Positions 1 to 11,855 of a stretch of 64,000 nucleotides of DNA are shown here, in pieces. Source of the stretch: Octopus sinensis. Taxonomy: Eukaryota. The DNA lies in the NCBI RefSeq assembly GCF_006345805.1, contig NC_043002.1:11284001-11348000 (forward strand), read 5' to 3'. The notes beneath the pieces were generated by a model, which was given only the letters and a program-made list of their open reading frames with translations, did not search any database and was not told the DNA's origin. Both the position numbers and the translations under genes were made by a program. Positions within the stretch are counted from its first letter, which is position 1. Every line of letters starts with the position of its first letter.

Positions 1-792
1 AGGACATCTGGCTGTAAATAACCTTGCCATAACTGACCACGCCTGTGCTTGTGCCACATAAAAAGCACTAAATCCACTCCGCTGAGTGGTTAGTATTAAG
101 AGCATCCAGCTGTAAAAGTCCTGCCAAAACAGTCACAGAAAACCAGTGCAGGCTTCTGCTTGGTCGGCGCTTGTGGTACCGTTCCACCCATGCTAGCACG
201 GAACACTGACATTAAATGATGATAAAGTAAACAATCAGCACTGTTGTTATATATGTTGCATGTATAGCATGGAACAAACAACTTTCATTTATGGAAACAA
301 CCGTAACATTGATCTGATGTGTCTTTTCCTCAATTGAATTAACTATATTTCAGTCTGTGAGGCTCATAACATGCCTACTGATAATATTTTGGATTCATAA
401 AGTGCTCTGTTTTCTCATTTGTTGAAGTAGACCTGATCATCCTTTGGTTATTGGAATGCTTATGTTAACCAGGTTTTTACATGAAGTGCTGATGAGGGAG
501 ATCACACCATTGCATATTTGGCACCCCTGGAAATAAATCTTATGGTTGGCAGATACTCTGCGAACTCTTCTCAATATCTACTTATTTTGAAGATGGCGAT
601 CGTGTCCCCACCCTCCTGTAAAGAATAGGATGTTATGAGAGCCTGCGGGGAATAGGGTTAATCTGTGTTGCAAACACAGGCTTAAAAATGACAAAGTTAT
701 TTTACAAACTTCTTTGATATTTTCTAGATTAAATGAAACAAAACCAACGTATTCCAGCAGAAATATGGTAACAAAAGGAATAATATGCTTAC

Positions 793-904
793 CTTTAGAT
801 GGTGAATTATATCAACCCGCTTGTTTCTTTGGTCGTGAAAATGCAACTGGACCCGAACAGGAAACTCACCCCAGCCACGCCGGGAGAGGTGAAAGGGAGG
901 ATGT
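793..904 (-). CDS. YEATS2: YEATS2 coding exon 7, YEATS core ([37 protein letters not shown])
   Basis: Contains the PPF..R.GWGEF acyl-lysine pocket motif. Acceptor ttcttcag and donor AAG|gtaagc. 112 nt. The next exon (expected LDRTYTG...) was not found in 1-792, so the gene runs off the window. Confidence 0.96.
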
Positions 905-1684
905 CTGAAGAAAGCAACAAAAGAAACATATAGCTTCAAATAAGAGGTTACATTAGAAAAAAAACAAAAAAAAACAGGGAGTGAGTAGCAACAGGAAGTT
1001 CATCCAACTGCGAAAATCCCACAGCAAAGTTTATTCCTGTCTTACTATGACAGGATGAAATATTTGAGGATTAAGGTTTGTAATTTGGAGTTGAGTAATC
1101 AATGCCAATGAGCTTTCAGAAACAGTCTAGGATGCTTATATGCATGTAAGCAGCAGGAGTGTTCCTTATATGGCAGCAATAATCCAATATGAATCATACT
1201 TGTTGAACATTCGCTAGGCTGTGTTCCCTTTAATAAGACAAAGCACTCTATTTGATGTGAGATATTAAGGGAACCTCTATGCTGCTGTTAAACCTGCTAG
1301 AAATAGCAAGTCAATTCTCTTTCAAATCATATCCAACTACCTTAACAAAAAGGATGATAAATCGGATAATGTAACGCTAGATATACACACTGTCTATAAA
1401 GCCAGGATAGTCACAACTAGAACATCTTTGGCAGGGGTTTAACAACAGCAGTATCAACAAGCATAACTGTGTTTAACCCACATTGGTACCTTTGCCAATT
1501 TAAGGTTAAAGAATCAGCCCTAGCAAGGAGGTAAAGTTCCAACTGAAAATATACGGTATTTGATGGCATAAAAATACACCGACAGTAAACGCACCCCAAT
1601 TTTAGCAGCACACATTCAGAAAAAAAAGGGATTTAGGGTATTAAACATAATATTTAAAGCAGTTGAGTAATACTTTACAAAACA

Positions 1685-2079
1685 CTAGCAGTATCGCCCA
1701 GCGTTGCTCAGGTTTGTAAAGGAAATAAACTATATAAGCATTTTTAGAGATGTAAAGTATAATAGCTATCTCAATATGGCTAACCACAAGGGGGGGGGTG
1801 TTACTGTAGCTTTTTACGTTCTGAGATTTAATAATAAATTTTTAGAGAGTTACTTCCCTAATATATGCCAAAAATGCATTAAAAATGGGAAAAATTGATG
1901 GTAAATTATTTTTTAAATCGTAGACTCATCGTAGACGTGCGCTAATACCCAGAAGGGCTCGATATGAATCACGACTAAAAGATACACGGTTTTGGTTAAA
2001 CTGCACCGCAAAATGTGGGAGTAGTTAGGAATCTAAATCGTAGGAGACAGACAGCACACCTCTCTTTTATATATAAAGA
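1685..2079 (-). mobile_element. Non-autonomous Helitron, full length (~395 bp)
   Basis: On the minus strand it begins TCTTTATAT and ends CTAG. A hairpin-like CCTGAGCAACGCTGGG lies just before the CTAG, and the element sits between A and T. A second copy is at 27780. Confidence 0.75.
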
Positions 2080-2914
2080 TTAGAAAAGTACCTTAATGAC
2101 AGCAGAAAGCATTATTGTAAATAAAAAAAGAGTGTTATGGAATCAGGGTAGGTAGAAGAGACTGTCCTTCACCCACACTGAGGGCAGCCATGAAGATATC
2201 TCTGCTTTGTTGCCCTCTCTCATAGTAATTCTGCTCATCCCTTAGCATGAACCTCACCCCACACCACACACACTTACCCTGAGCTTTCAGTCTTGCAAAT
2301 TGCATGGCGACCTCAATAGTGCAAGTGACACAAAAAATAATGCAACCAATCAACGCTATAAAATGGTTGGCATCAGGAAGGGCATCCAGTTGTAGAATCC
2401 ATGCCAAAGCAGAGATTGGGGTTTGATGCAGCAGTAGTAGTAGTAGTAGTAGTAGTAGGGGGGTATGCACTGGAACAGCACATTGCTGCATCCACCACTT
2501 GTTGGTGATTTCCTACTCCTGGTGGATGACACCTTTGCACTACTGAGGCAACAGCCTCCATGGGTATGCTTGGGTAGTCGTTGCTGGTGAGGGTTTTCAC
2601 GAGGTCAGAGCGCAAATCCTACCTCATCCTCTTTTCATCACCTTTTATGATGCAGAGACGCGAAAACTGGTCTACTCTTTCACATGCTGGTCCCCTTACG
2701 GTACCACTGGTTAAACTGTGAGCATTCTGGCCATGGGTAAATATCAACTTCCTTGGAAACAGGTGAAGTGTTGGCAGCAGGAAAGGCAATCTGGCCACAG
2801 AAAACCTGCTTCAATGAACTCCATCCGATACGTGGAAGCATGGAAAAGTGAACATCATAATAGATGGTGAAGGCGAAGAAAGCATATAAAAAAGCAACAA
2901 AAAGGGTCACTTAC

Positions 2915-3076
2915 ACAACTTCAACTAAATCATTAGGACGGTAACTTGGATGCAGGAAAAACCAAACTTTCTTCACAAAATGGTTAATGTTGGGTTCTTC
3001 TTTGGTGCCTCGGACATAGATAAGCCATTTGTGAGTAGAGGGATCACTCTCTTCACGGCGATCCGGTGGAATGAAC
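2915..3076 (-). CDS. YEATS2: YEATS2 coding exon 6, YEATS core ([53 protein letters not shown])
   Basis: Contains the THKW and [17 protein letters not shown] motifs. 162 nt (1+159+2). Donor GT|gtaag; acceptor attattag. Confidence 0.96.
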
Positions 3077-3078
3077 CT

Positions 3079-3504
3079 AATAATAATAACAATAATAATA
3101 ATAATAATCTTTTCTACAGGAAGCACAAAGCCTCAAATTTGGGGGAAGGGATTAAGTCGATTACATCGACCCCAGTGCATCACTGGTACTTAATTTATTG
3201 ATTCTGAAAGAATAAAAGGCAAAGTCGACCCCAGCAGAATTTGAACTCAGAACGTGAAGACAGCCGAAATACCTATTTCTTTACTACCCACAAGGGGCTA
3301 AACATAGAGGGAACAAACAAGGACAGATAAATGGATTAAGTTGATTATATCAACCCCAGTGAGTAACTGGTACTTATTTAATCAACCCCGAAAGGATGAA
3401 AGGCAAAGTCGACCTTGGTGGAATTTGAACTCAGAACGAAGCGGCAGACGAAATACCACTAAGCATTTTGCCCGGCGTCCTAACAATTCTGCCAACTCGC
3501 CGCC

Positions 3505-3536
<32 letters not shown>

Positions 3537-3605
3537 CCTTGTTACTATAATTACAAGGCCTGAAATTTTGGAGAAGGCTGCTAGTTGATTACATCAACCC
3601 CGGTC
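3079..3605 (-). mobile_element. SINE family A (tRNA-like head AAGGCGGCGAGCTGGCAG, B-box GAGTTCAAATTCC) with (ATT)n tail, plus an upstream truncated tail
   Basis: Head at ~3506, body matches the many other copies, and (ATT)n tracts lie at 3079-3108 and ~3507-3536. Confidence 0.8.
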
Positions 3606-4065
3606 ACTTAACTTCAACCAAATCGTTAATGAGGAGATTGTTTATTTTTATGAGGACATTGCAGATTAGGTATGAGAAGCCTAATCTGGACGGCTTGAGC
3701 AAAAAACATGTAGAATATTTGGACCGGATTTGGGTGGTTTAAATGCTAATGGATTAATATAGGTTACCTGTGATGGAGAAAACACATGATGTTAATGGAA
3801 GTTATATGTATTGAAGATACACTGCAGAGGATGTTGGATATAGTAATTAAGCTCTTCAGCATTTAAACCAGTCAAATATTCTGTTTTTTGTTCCAAACCA
3901 GCCAGATCCAGCATCTCACACCTACCCTACAATGTCATTCTAAAATTAAACTATCACAACAACAAAATCTCAGATACAAGATAATGCAACATTAATTTAA
4001 AACAATGTGAATAAAGAGAGAAATTACATTTGATAATCTGAATGCTAAAGGTTAAATTATATGGC

Positions 4066-5480
4066 ACTGGTGGCATGACCGTGCTAGTGGCATGTAAAAA
4101 GAACCCACTACACTCTCGGAGTGGTTGGCGTTAGGAAGGGCATCCAGCTGTAGAAACTCTGCCAAGATTGGAGCCTGGTGCAGCCATCTGGTTCACCAGC
4201 CCTCATTCAAAATCGTCCAACCCATGCTAGCATGGAAAGCGGACGTTAAACGATGATGATGATGATGTAAAAAGCACCATTCAAGTGTGGTCGATGCCAG
4301 TGCCACCTGATTGGCCCCAGCACCGGTGGCATGTAAAAAGTACCCACTGCACTCTTGGAGTGGTTGACGTTAGGAAGGGCATCCAGCTGTAGAAACCTTG
4401 CCAGATTAGATTGGAGCCCGGAGCAGCCTCCTGGCCTGCCAGTCCTCAGTCAAGCTGTCCAACCCATACCAGCCTGGAAAGTGAACATTAAACAATGATG
4501 ATGATGATAGCTACTGTGCCTTTAAAAATGAACAAAAATGCATCTTACTTGGATATATTTCCAACAATGAGTTTTTTCTTTATACGGAAGCGAGAGGCTC
4601 GGCCAGAACTAACTTCTAGTTCTGATTTGGTCAATGAATCAGATTTCTGTGTTAAAATATAGAAAAATAATATCAGATGGTAGAAAAAAAGAGAAAAGGA
4701 ATTTTTGCTTCAAAGTTTGGCGCAGTAATAACCAAAGGTTATTCAAGATTATAGGAATGATTAGGATAGAGCTGAGGTTAATCAACAAATTAACGAGGCA
4801 TAATGAAGCATTTTACAATGATTAAGCTGTGAAATTAAATTACACCTTGTTTTCTCTCCATACACTCTTCCAGTTCTTCTGCCCTCATACCATGAGGGTT
4901 CACACAGACACCCCATCATCACTAGTTGTATCTCTTATCAGCTCCACCTTGATTACCCCTAACCTCTCTTCTAAATTGTGAGTTGCCATGCGGCCCTTCT
5001 AAAGCAATAAATCTCTTCTGCTGTGGCCCCTACCCGCTATCATATTTTAACCCCTTGACTCATGGCATAAAGCTGCTGATATTGGAGTTCATAGTCCTTC
5101 AAGCTGCATGGCAACCTCATTAATACTTGTGGCATGAAAAACCATGCTGTACATGCTGTAAAGTGGTTGGTGATAGGAAGGGAATCCAGTCACAGAAACC
5201 ATTTCAAGGCCAATACTGGCTCTGTGCCGGTGGCACGTAAAAAGGACCAACCGATTGTGGCCGTTGCCAGCCTCGCCTGGCACCTGTGCCAGTGGAATGT
5301 AAAAAGCACCCACTACACTCACGGAGTGGTTGGCGTAAGGAAGGGCATCCAGCTGTAGAAACATTGCCAGATAAGACTGGAGCCTGGTGCAGCCTCCTGG
5401 CTTCCCAGACCCCGGTCGAACCGTCCAACCCATGCTAGCATGGAAAACGGACATTAAACGATGATGATGATGATGATGAT
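4066..5480 (+). mobile_element. SINE-like family B copies with (GAT)n tails (4066-4265, 4265-4510, 5205-5480)
   Basis: Shared body gtggttggcgttaggaagggcatccagctgtagaaac...catgctagcatggaaagcggacgttaaacgatgatgat. Further copies at 1-225, 7010-7162, 7345-7551, 16750-16950 (+) and 8688-8990, 10245-10500, 16437-16568 (-). Confidence 0.8.
4549..4646 (-). CDS. YEATS2: YEATS2 coding exon 5 (KSDSLTKSELEVSSGRASRFRIKKKLIVGNIS + 2 nt), start of the YEATS domain
   Basis: Acceptor ttaacacag and donor AA|gtaag. 98 nt. SRFRIKKKLIVGNISK corresponds to SRLFVKKTIVVGNVSK. Confidence 0.92.
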
Positions 5481-5946
5481 AATGCAGTCTTTGAGTCCAT
5501 TGGATCCTGTCAGACCATCCAACCCATGGAGTGCCACCAAGATCAACTCAATCTTATCTTGATTCATTCTCTGTTCTTTCATTTAAAATACAAATCTAGT
5601 TATTTAATTACGAAACGAACCAAGTCCAAAGGATATGATTTCTTTACTACCCATTTTTTGTAGGCTAGAGCCTACAAATACATTTCCCCCATAAAATCGC
5701 AAAACCTTCTTGAGGCGTTTCTGTCGCTTGTCTGAAATAGTTATTCTCTCTCCCCGATTCTTTCATCTTTAATTAACATACTTATTTCGTAGTATTCATT
5801 AACATAATATTAATTATATGTTGTGACTAACTTCTTTGCACAATTTTCATTACATTATCCAGCAAAAATTATACCGAAGATTCTTAACCTTTATATTCAT
5901 TGAACGTTAATCCATTAATCTACTGAATATATAATTGTAAATATAT

Positions 5947-6430
5947 ATTTCTTTACTACCCACAAGGGGCTAAACACAGAGGGGACAAACAAAGACAGAC
6001 AAAGGGATTAAGTCGATTACATCGACCCCAGTGTGCAACTGGTACTTAATTTATCGACCCCGAAAGGATGAAAGGCAAAGTCGACCTCGGCGGAATTTGA
6101 ACTCAGAACGTAACAGCAGACGAAATACAGCTACGCATTTCGCCCGGCGTGCTAACAATTCTGCCAGCTCGCCGCCTTATATATGAGATGTATACCTATT
6201 TCTTTACTACCCACAAGGGGTTAAACACAGAGGGGACAAACAAGGACAGACAAACGGATTAAGTTGATTACATCGACCCCAGTGCGTAACTGGTACTTTA
6301 ATTTATCGACCCTGAAACGATGAAAGGCAAAGTCGACTTCAGCGGAATTTGAACTCAGAACGTAACGGCAGACGAAATACAGCTACGCATTTCGCCCGGC
6401 GTGCTAAAGGTTCTGCCAGCTCGCCGCCTT
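5947..6430 (-). mobile_element. Two tandem SINE family A copies
   Basis: Two heads (gccagctcgccgcctt at ~6178 and ~6430), each followed by the standard module. Confidence 0.85.
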
Positions 6431-6537
6431 ATATATGAGATATATACCATTAAGTCATCTCTCTCCTCTCTCTCTCTCTCTCTCTACAGACACACAGAAG
6501 CAAACAGTGGATTTTTTTTCTTTTCTTGTTCTCTTAC

Positions 6538-6750
6538 CTTTTGGCCCAACTCATCACCAGTCTCAGCAACAGTGACGGAGCTCTGTGAGCAATCCCCAGA
6601 ACTATTTGTGGACTGCAAGCCAGTTGATGGATCACTTGTTCCCTGCCATTGGCTCTTCTCCAGCCACTGCTCATCTGAATAACTGGGTTTCTTGCCAAGG
6701 TATTTTTTCACTGCCGGGTGAATCGATGGTACAGCACTGCTATAGGGTTT
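6538..6750 (-). CDS. YEATS2: YEATS2 coding exon 4 (KPYSSAVPSIHPAVKKYLGKKP...GDELGQK)
   Basis: Poly-T acceptor ttttgatcag and donor AAG|gtaag. 213 nt, phase 0/0. HPAVKKYL corresponds to YEATS2 HPAIKKFL and is followed by a Ser-rich linker. Confidence 0.88.
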
Positions 6751-7996
6751 CTGATCAAAAAAAAAAAAAAGAACAATATATTATGGCTGTCTATGATAAG
6801 AAGCTTGCTTCCCAACCATGTGGTTCTGGGTTCAGTCCCACTGTGTGGCGCCTAGTATCTTTTACTATAGCCTCAGCCCAACCAAAGCCTTAATTGGATT
6901 TGGTAGATAGAAACTGAAAGAAGCCCGTCATGTAAGTGTGTGTGTGTGTGTGTGTGTGTGCCCCACCACTGCTTGACAACCGATGTTGGTGTGTTTACAT
7001 TCCCTAACTTACACTCTTGGAGTGGTTGGCATTAGGAAGGACATTCAGCCATATAAAACCATGCCAAATCAGGAGTCTGGTGCAGCCTTCCAGCTTACCA
7101 GGCCTGGTCAAGCCGTCCAACCCATGCCAGCATGGACAACAAACGTTAAATGATGATGATGATAGATGTAGAGACAGAAATCTACCTGGTACACACTTCC
7201 TCATTGTCCCTTGAGCTTTTTTACTGAGTATCTGAGTGTAGCTTAAGCTATATCACTTTTTTTAACCCTTCACCTAACCCTGTATCACGTAATCGACATG
7301 ATATATTTCATTGATGTCTATGCATTAGATATGATGCACATTTCCAGGTGCCAGCCTTGCCTGTGCCGGTGGCATGTAAAAAGCACCCACTACACTCTCA
7401 GAGTGGTTGGCGTTAGGAAGGGCATCCAGCTGTAGAAACACTGCCAGATCAGACTGGGCCTGGTGCAGCCTTCTGGCTTCCTGGACCCCAGTTAAACTGT
7501 CCAACCCATGCTAGCATGGAAAGCGGATGTTAAACGATGATGATGATGATTTCCAATTTTTTTTCCTTTTGCAACCATCAAAATAACTCAAGACTTGTGA
7601 AAGGAAATCTTTATATTATTCAGAAGGTATGAAACAAGGTAAAGGTGTGTGGCTTAGTGGTTAGGGGCATTCAGCTCACAATCGCAAGGTCGTGAGTTCA
7701 ATTCCCAGTGACGAGTTGTGTCCTTGAGCAAGACACTTTATTTCACGTTGCCCCAGTCCACTCAGCTGGCAAAAATAAGATGTACTTGTATTTCAAAGGG
7801 CCAGCCTTGTCACATTGTGTATCATGCTGAATCTCCCTGAGAATTACATCAAGGGTACACGTACCTGTATAGTGTTTTAACCATGTCTCTTAGATCTTTA
7901 TGAAGAACTGTTACAAAGCTTGCATTGACACTAGAGACAAATGTAGCTGAAGGTATGTGAAAGGAGAGAGTTCAGTTTCAAAAGGTGTATATTTAC

Positions 7997-8089
7997 CTGG
8001 GGGAGATTTCCTATGGAATCATTAGAGTAATAATTAGCAACAAGACATGCCCTGAGCCGATCCAGCAAGTGTCGGGTCTGATAGATGGA
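7997..8089 (-). CDS. YEATS2: YEATS2 coding exon 3 (SIYQTRHLLDRLRACLVANYYSNDSIGNLPQ)
   Basis: Acceptor ttttttgcag and donor CAG|gtaaat. 93 nt, phase 0/0. DRLRACLVANYY corresponds to YEATS2 DKLRACIVANYY. Confidence 0.93.
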
Positions 8090-8192
8090 CTGCAAAAAAG
8101 AAAAAAAAAAAGACCAGTTAAAAAAGTTAAATGTAAACAAAAATGAAAACACAAAGGTGTTATAATTTAAATACATTGGATAATTAGATTTA

Positions 8193-8398
8193 CAGAGATG
8201 TACTTGCATAGCAAGTGACCTGATCTAAGATCATGTGCTGGAACGAAAACAATTGCAGTGTGGAAGGTGTTTATAAGCCATTTAAGAAACACACAAAAAC
8301 TGTTAGATTAACTTCAACATTTAAATTTAATTTGTTAAAATATTTTCATCGCTTTGAGACCGCGACCAGTTCACTGACAAAATTTCGTGCTGCATCAT
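8193..8398 (+). mobile_element. ~205-bp MITE-like repeat (second copy 58672-58871)
   Basis: The two copies 50 kb apart align along their whole length. Ends agatgtac and gctgcatc form a weak inverted repeat. Confidence 0.55.
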
Positions 8399-9589
8399 CA
8401 TTTAATGTCCATTTTGTAGGATGACATGAGTTGGACAGGAGCTAGCAAGCTGCAATAAGCCCCAATTGTCTGTTTCTGTTTGTTTCTATAGCTGGATGCC
8501 CTTCCTAACAGAATGTATTGGGTGGTTTTTTTTATGTGACACCAGTCCTAGTGCTATCTACATGGCATCAGCATGTAAAAGCACCTAAGCTTCATTATAT
8601 ACACCACATTTTAATTGCTATTTTCTTCAATTACACTTTTAGATAAATTAAGGCTATTCTACTAATGTTCAGAGAAACAGATCAGCATCATCATTAAACA
8701 TCCACTTTCCCTCTGCCATGGGCTGGACAGTTTGACTGGTGACTGGCAAGCCAGGAGGCTGCACCAGGCTCCAATCTGATCTGGCAAGGTTTCTACAGCT
8801 GGATGCCCTTCCTAACACCAACCACTCCGAGAGTGTAGTGGGTGCTTTTTAGATGCCACTGGTGCTGGGGCCAATCAGGCGGCACTGGAATCTACCACAC
8901 TTGAATGGTGCTTTGCACGTGCCACCAGCATGGGTGCCAGTCAGGCAGCACTGGCATCAGCCACAACTACAATTTCGCTTGACTCAAGCACGTTTGAATC
9001 TAATTAGAAAGACTGCTGCTCTTTCTCTTTCTCAAAGAATCTTATATCATTCGCATTTAAATCTTAACTTTTAACTTATAATTCATATTTTTATACATGT
9101 TGCAATGAGACATTTGTCCTCTCAAGAAGGTTTACCCAGTGTGCACTCAGGATGTTAATGAAGCATTACAAGAAATAAGTGGAGAAATTCAAGTACCTTA
9201 GGGCCATATTCATGAGAGATGGGAGACTGATGCTAGAACTGCTGGTGCTGGCCCAGTAAAACACCAGTGCCATTTCCAGCATTTGATCCTCAGAAGAGGA
9301 CCCAGTTGGACAGATTTTTGTGGAACTAGCACTGCAGAAGTTGGCTTACTATCAACAAGGCTAAAGAGCCAGCTCAAACCTTGTGTTGCCCTCAAAGGAA
9401 TAATCAATCACTTAGGTGCTTTGCATGGCACCAACACCTTACAGCTTGCAAAATGAAAGACCGACGGTGGATCACTCGGCTTGTCCGTCGATATAAAGAA
9501 GAAAAAGGCAGCAAGCTAGCAGTAATGTTGGTACAAAAAAAACAAACTTGCTCTCTAAAATCTGCTTTCTGTGCCTATTGTCACTGATT

Positions 9590-9905
9590 ACCGTGAATGT
9601 TGAGTAATATCCAAAAGACAAGTGGCCAAAATGGAGTTCCTCTGAAGGTTTTCTCGAGTAACAGTACTCAGAAGGGAGTCTCTCTAGACTGAGCCTGTAG
9701 TATGGATATATGATTAGAATGCCAGAGGAAACCAACCAGCAAGAAGACCTAGGGCGCAACCGAGAATGTGATGGTTGGATGACATCCATAGACACGGTTG
9801 ATCATGCTTGGGAACTCAGCCGGAAAGTGTAATGATGGTTGCTTTTGATAGGACCCTATGGAATGTGTGCCTGAAGACTCTACCCCAACAACCCTTCCAG
9901 CGATA
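9590..9905 (+). mobile_element. RTE-clade LINE 3' remnant
   Basis: Degenerate YGYMIRMPEE..RRPRAQPRM*WLDDI..AFDRTLW resembles the RTE C-terminal motif RWxGHVxRM..RPRGRP..W.D. Confidence 0.6.
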
Positions 9906-10631
9906 ATGGGGTGGAGAAAATGGATGGGCGTAGATTTGTATATAAATCCATTTTCTTTGAAGTTACAACTGAACACACAAACCATTATCTGATGGCAGAG
10001 TTGCAAATAACTGAGAAGGCAAGTGTCCTAGTGGTTAAGCAACTGGGTCTCTCTTCCATAACGTTGTAGGTTCAATCCCTGGTCCAAGAGGTACATTGTA
10101 TCATTAGACAAGACACTTCATGTTGCTCCAATCCATTCAGCTGGCAAAAATGAGTTCGCAACAAATCAATGCAACAGCATTTTAAAAGCCCAGGGATACA
10201 ACCAAAAACATTAACATCAGATTTGTGTAATCCACATTCGTCGTCATTTAACATCTGCTTTCCATGCTAGCATGGGTTGGACTGAGGGCTGGCGAACCAG
10301 ATGGCTGCACCAGGCTCAAGTCTTGATCTGGCAGAGTTTCTACACCTGGATACCCTTCCTAACGCCAACCACTCTGAGAGTGTAGCGGGTGCTTTTTACG
10401 TGCCACCGGCATGGGGGCCAGTCAGGCAGTACTGGCAACGACCTCGCTCGAATTTTTTACATAAGCCACCTGCACAGGTGCCAGTGAGGCGATGCTGGTT
10501 GATAAATTTTAATCAGGTAAAAAGGTAAAAGACAGCTCAGATTTCCAATGAAAGCAACATCGGATGTAATGAAATTCATGCCTTACTCAAAAGCATTATC
10601 AACATTATTACATGCAATGATTTTGACTTAC

Positions 10632-10729
10632 CTGGTCAATAATATTCAGTTCATTTTCCTTCTCTTTAATCTCGATGGTAATCTGTTTCTGAATGATCTT
10701 TTCAATCTTCTGGATGGTTTCAGCTTTAG
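10632..10729 (-). CDS. YEATS2: YEATS2 coding exon 2 ((A)KAETIQKIEKIIQKQITIEIKEKENELNIIDQ)
   Basis: Acceptor ttacag and donor CAG|gtaagt. 98 nt (2+96), phase matches the upstream exon. Resembles the vertebrate coiled segment QKIETIIKEQF...KEHEIEVIDQ. Confidence 0.92.
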
Positions 10730-10764
10730 CTGTAAGTATAAAATCAATCAAAATCAAATATGAT

Positions 10765-11480
10765 GACTGGCGTCCGTGCTAGTGGGGTGCAAAGCGCACC
10801 ATACGAGAGTGATCACTGACAGAGTGGCTATACGGCTTCTTTGCCAGTGGCACTTAAAAGGCACCATTCGAGCATGATCGTTTCCAGTTGTCACCTTACT
10901 GGCACTCTAGCCCCGTACTAGTAGGGTATTAAGAGCACCATCCGAGCATGATCGTTGCCAGAGCGGCTATCTAGCCTCCGTGCTGGTGGTACAAAGACAC
11001 CATATAAGCGTGATCGTTGACAGAGCGGCTAACCGGCTTCTGTGCCAGTGGCACATGAAAGGCACCATTCGAGCGTGATTGTTACCAGCGTCGCCTTACT
11101 GGCACTTGTGCCCGTGCTAGTAGAGTGCCAGGAGCACCATCCAAGTGTGATCGTTGCCAGAGCAGTCAACTGGCTTCCGTGCCAGTGGCATGTAGGAGGC
11201 ACCATTCGAGCATGATCGTTACCAACGTCACCTTACTGGCACCTGTGCTGCTGGCATGTGTAAAAGGATTCGAGCGAGGTCATTGCCAGTACCACCTGAC
11301 TGGCCCCCATGTCGGTGGCACGTAAAAAGCACCCACTACACTCTCGGAGTGGTTGGCGTTAGGAAGGGCATCCAGCTGTTGAAACTCTGCCAAATCAAGA
11401 TTGGAGCCTGGTGCAGCCATCAACCAAAATCGTCCAACCAATGCTAGCATGGAAAGCGGACGTCAAACGACGATGATGAT
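10765..11480 (+). mobile_element. Family B element with about nine internal ~60-bp subrepeats
   Basis: Repeated aaagcaccattcgagcgtgatcgttaccagcgtcgccttactggcac units precede the family B 3' body and (GAT)n tail. Confidence 0.78.
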
Positions 11481-11855
11481 ATAGACACATCACTATTTCC
11501 ACTCCAGCCACCCTCATTACCATCATTTTAATATCCTCTTTTACATGCTTGCATTAGTCGGGGCAGATTTTGGGGTGCTTTTCCTGCCACCAACTCTCAC
11601 AAGTTTCCCAGTAAGGTAATATTTCCCCATGACTAGACATGTTCTCAGGGAGGACCGGAAATGAAGAATACTGTTTGCATGACAGATACACTCACTTACA
11701 TCAGGTGATGTCAAGGCAAAGAGACAGTAACACACACAGAGGCTTCTTTCAGTTTCTATCTACAAAACCCACTCAAGTCTTTGGTCAGACCATCGCAACA
11801 GATTTATTGAGGAGGATAACAGTAATGTCAAGTGTGTAATATACATCCAAAGAAA

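Noticed and set aside
1417-1611. Minus-strand ORF with ttttcag followed by LELYLLAR as a possible YEATS2 exon
   Set aside because: The flanking exons (2915 and 904) already join in frame and co-linearly with the YEATS domain, so no sequence is missing between them.
2373-2700. ORF MRSDLVKTLTSNDYPS as an exon or PLE fragment
   Set aside because: It lies within the YEATS-domain intron with no fitting splice sites. The resemblance to retroelement peptides is too weak to call.
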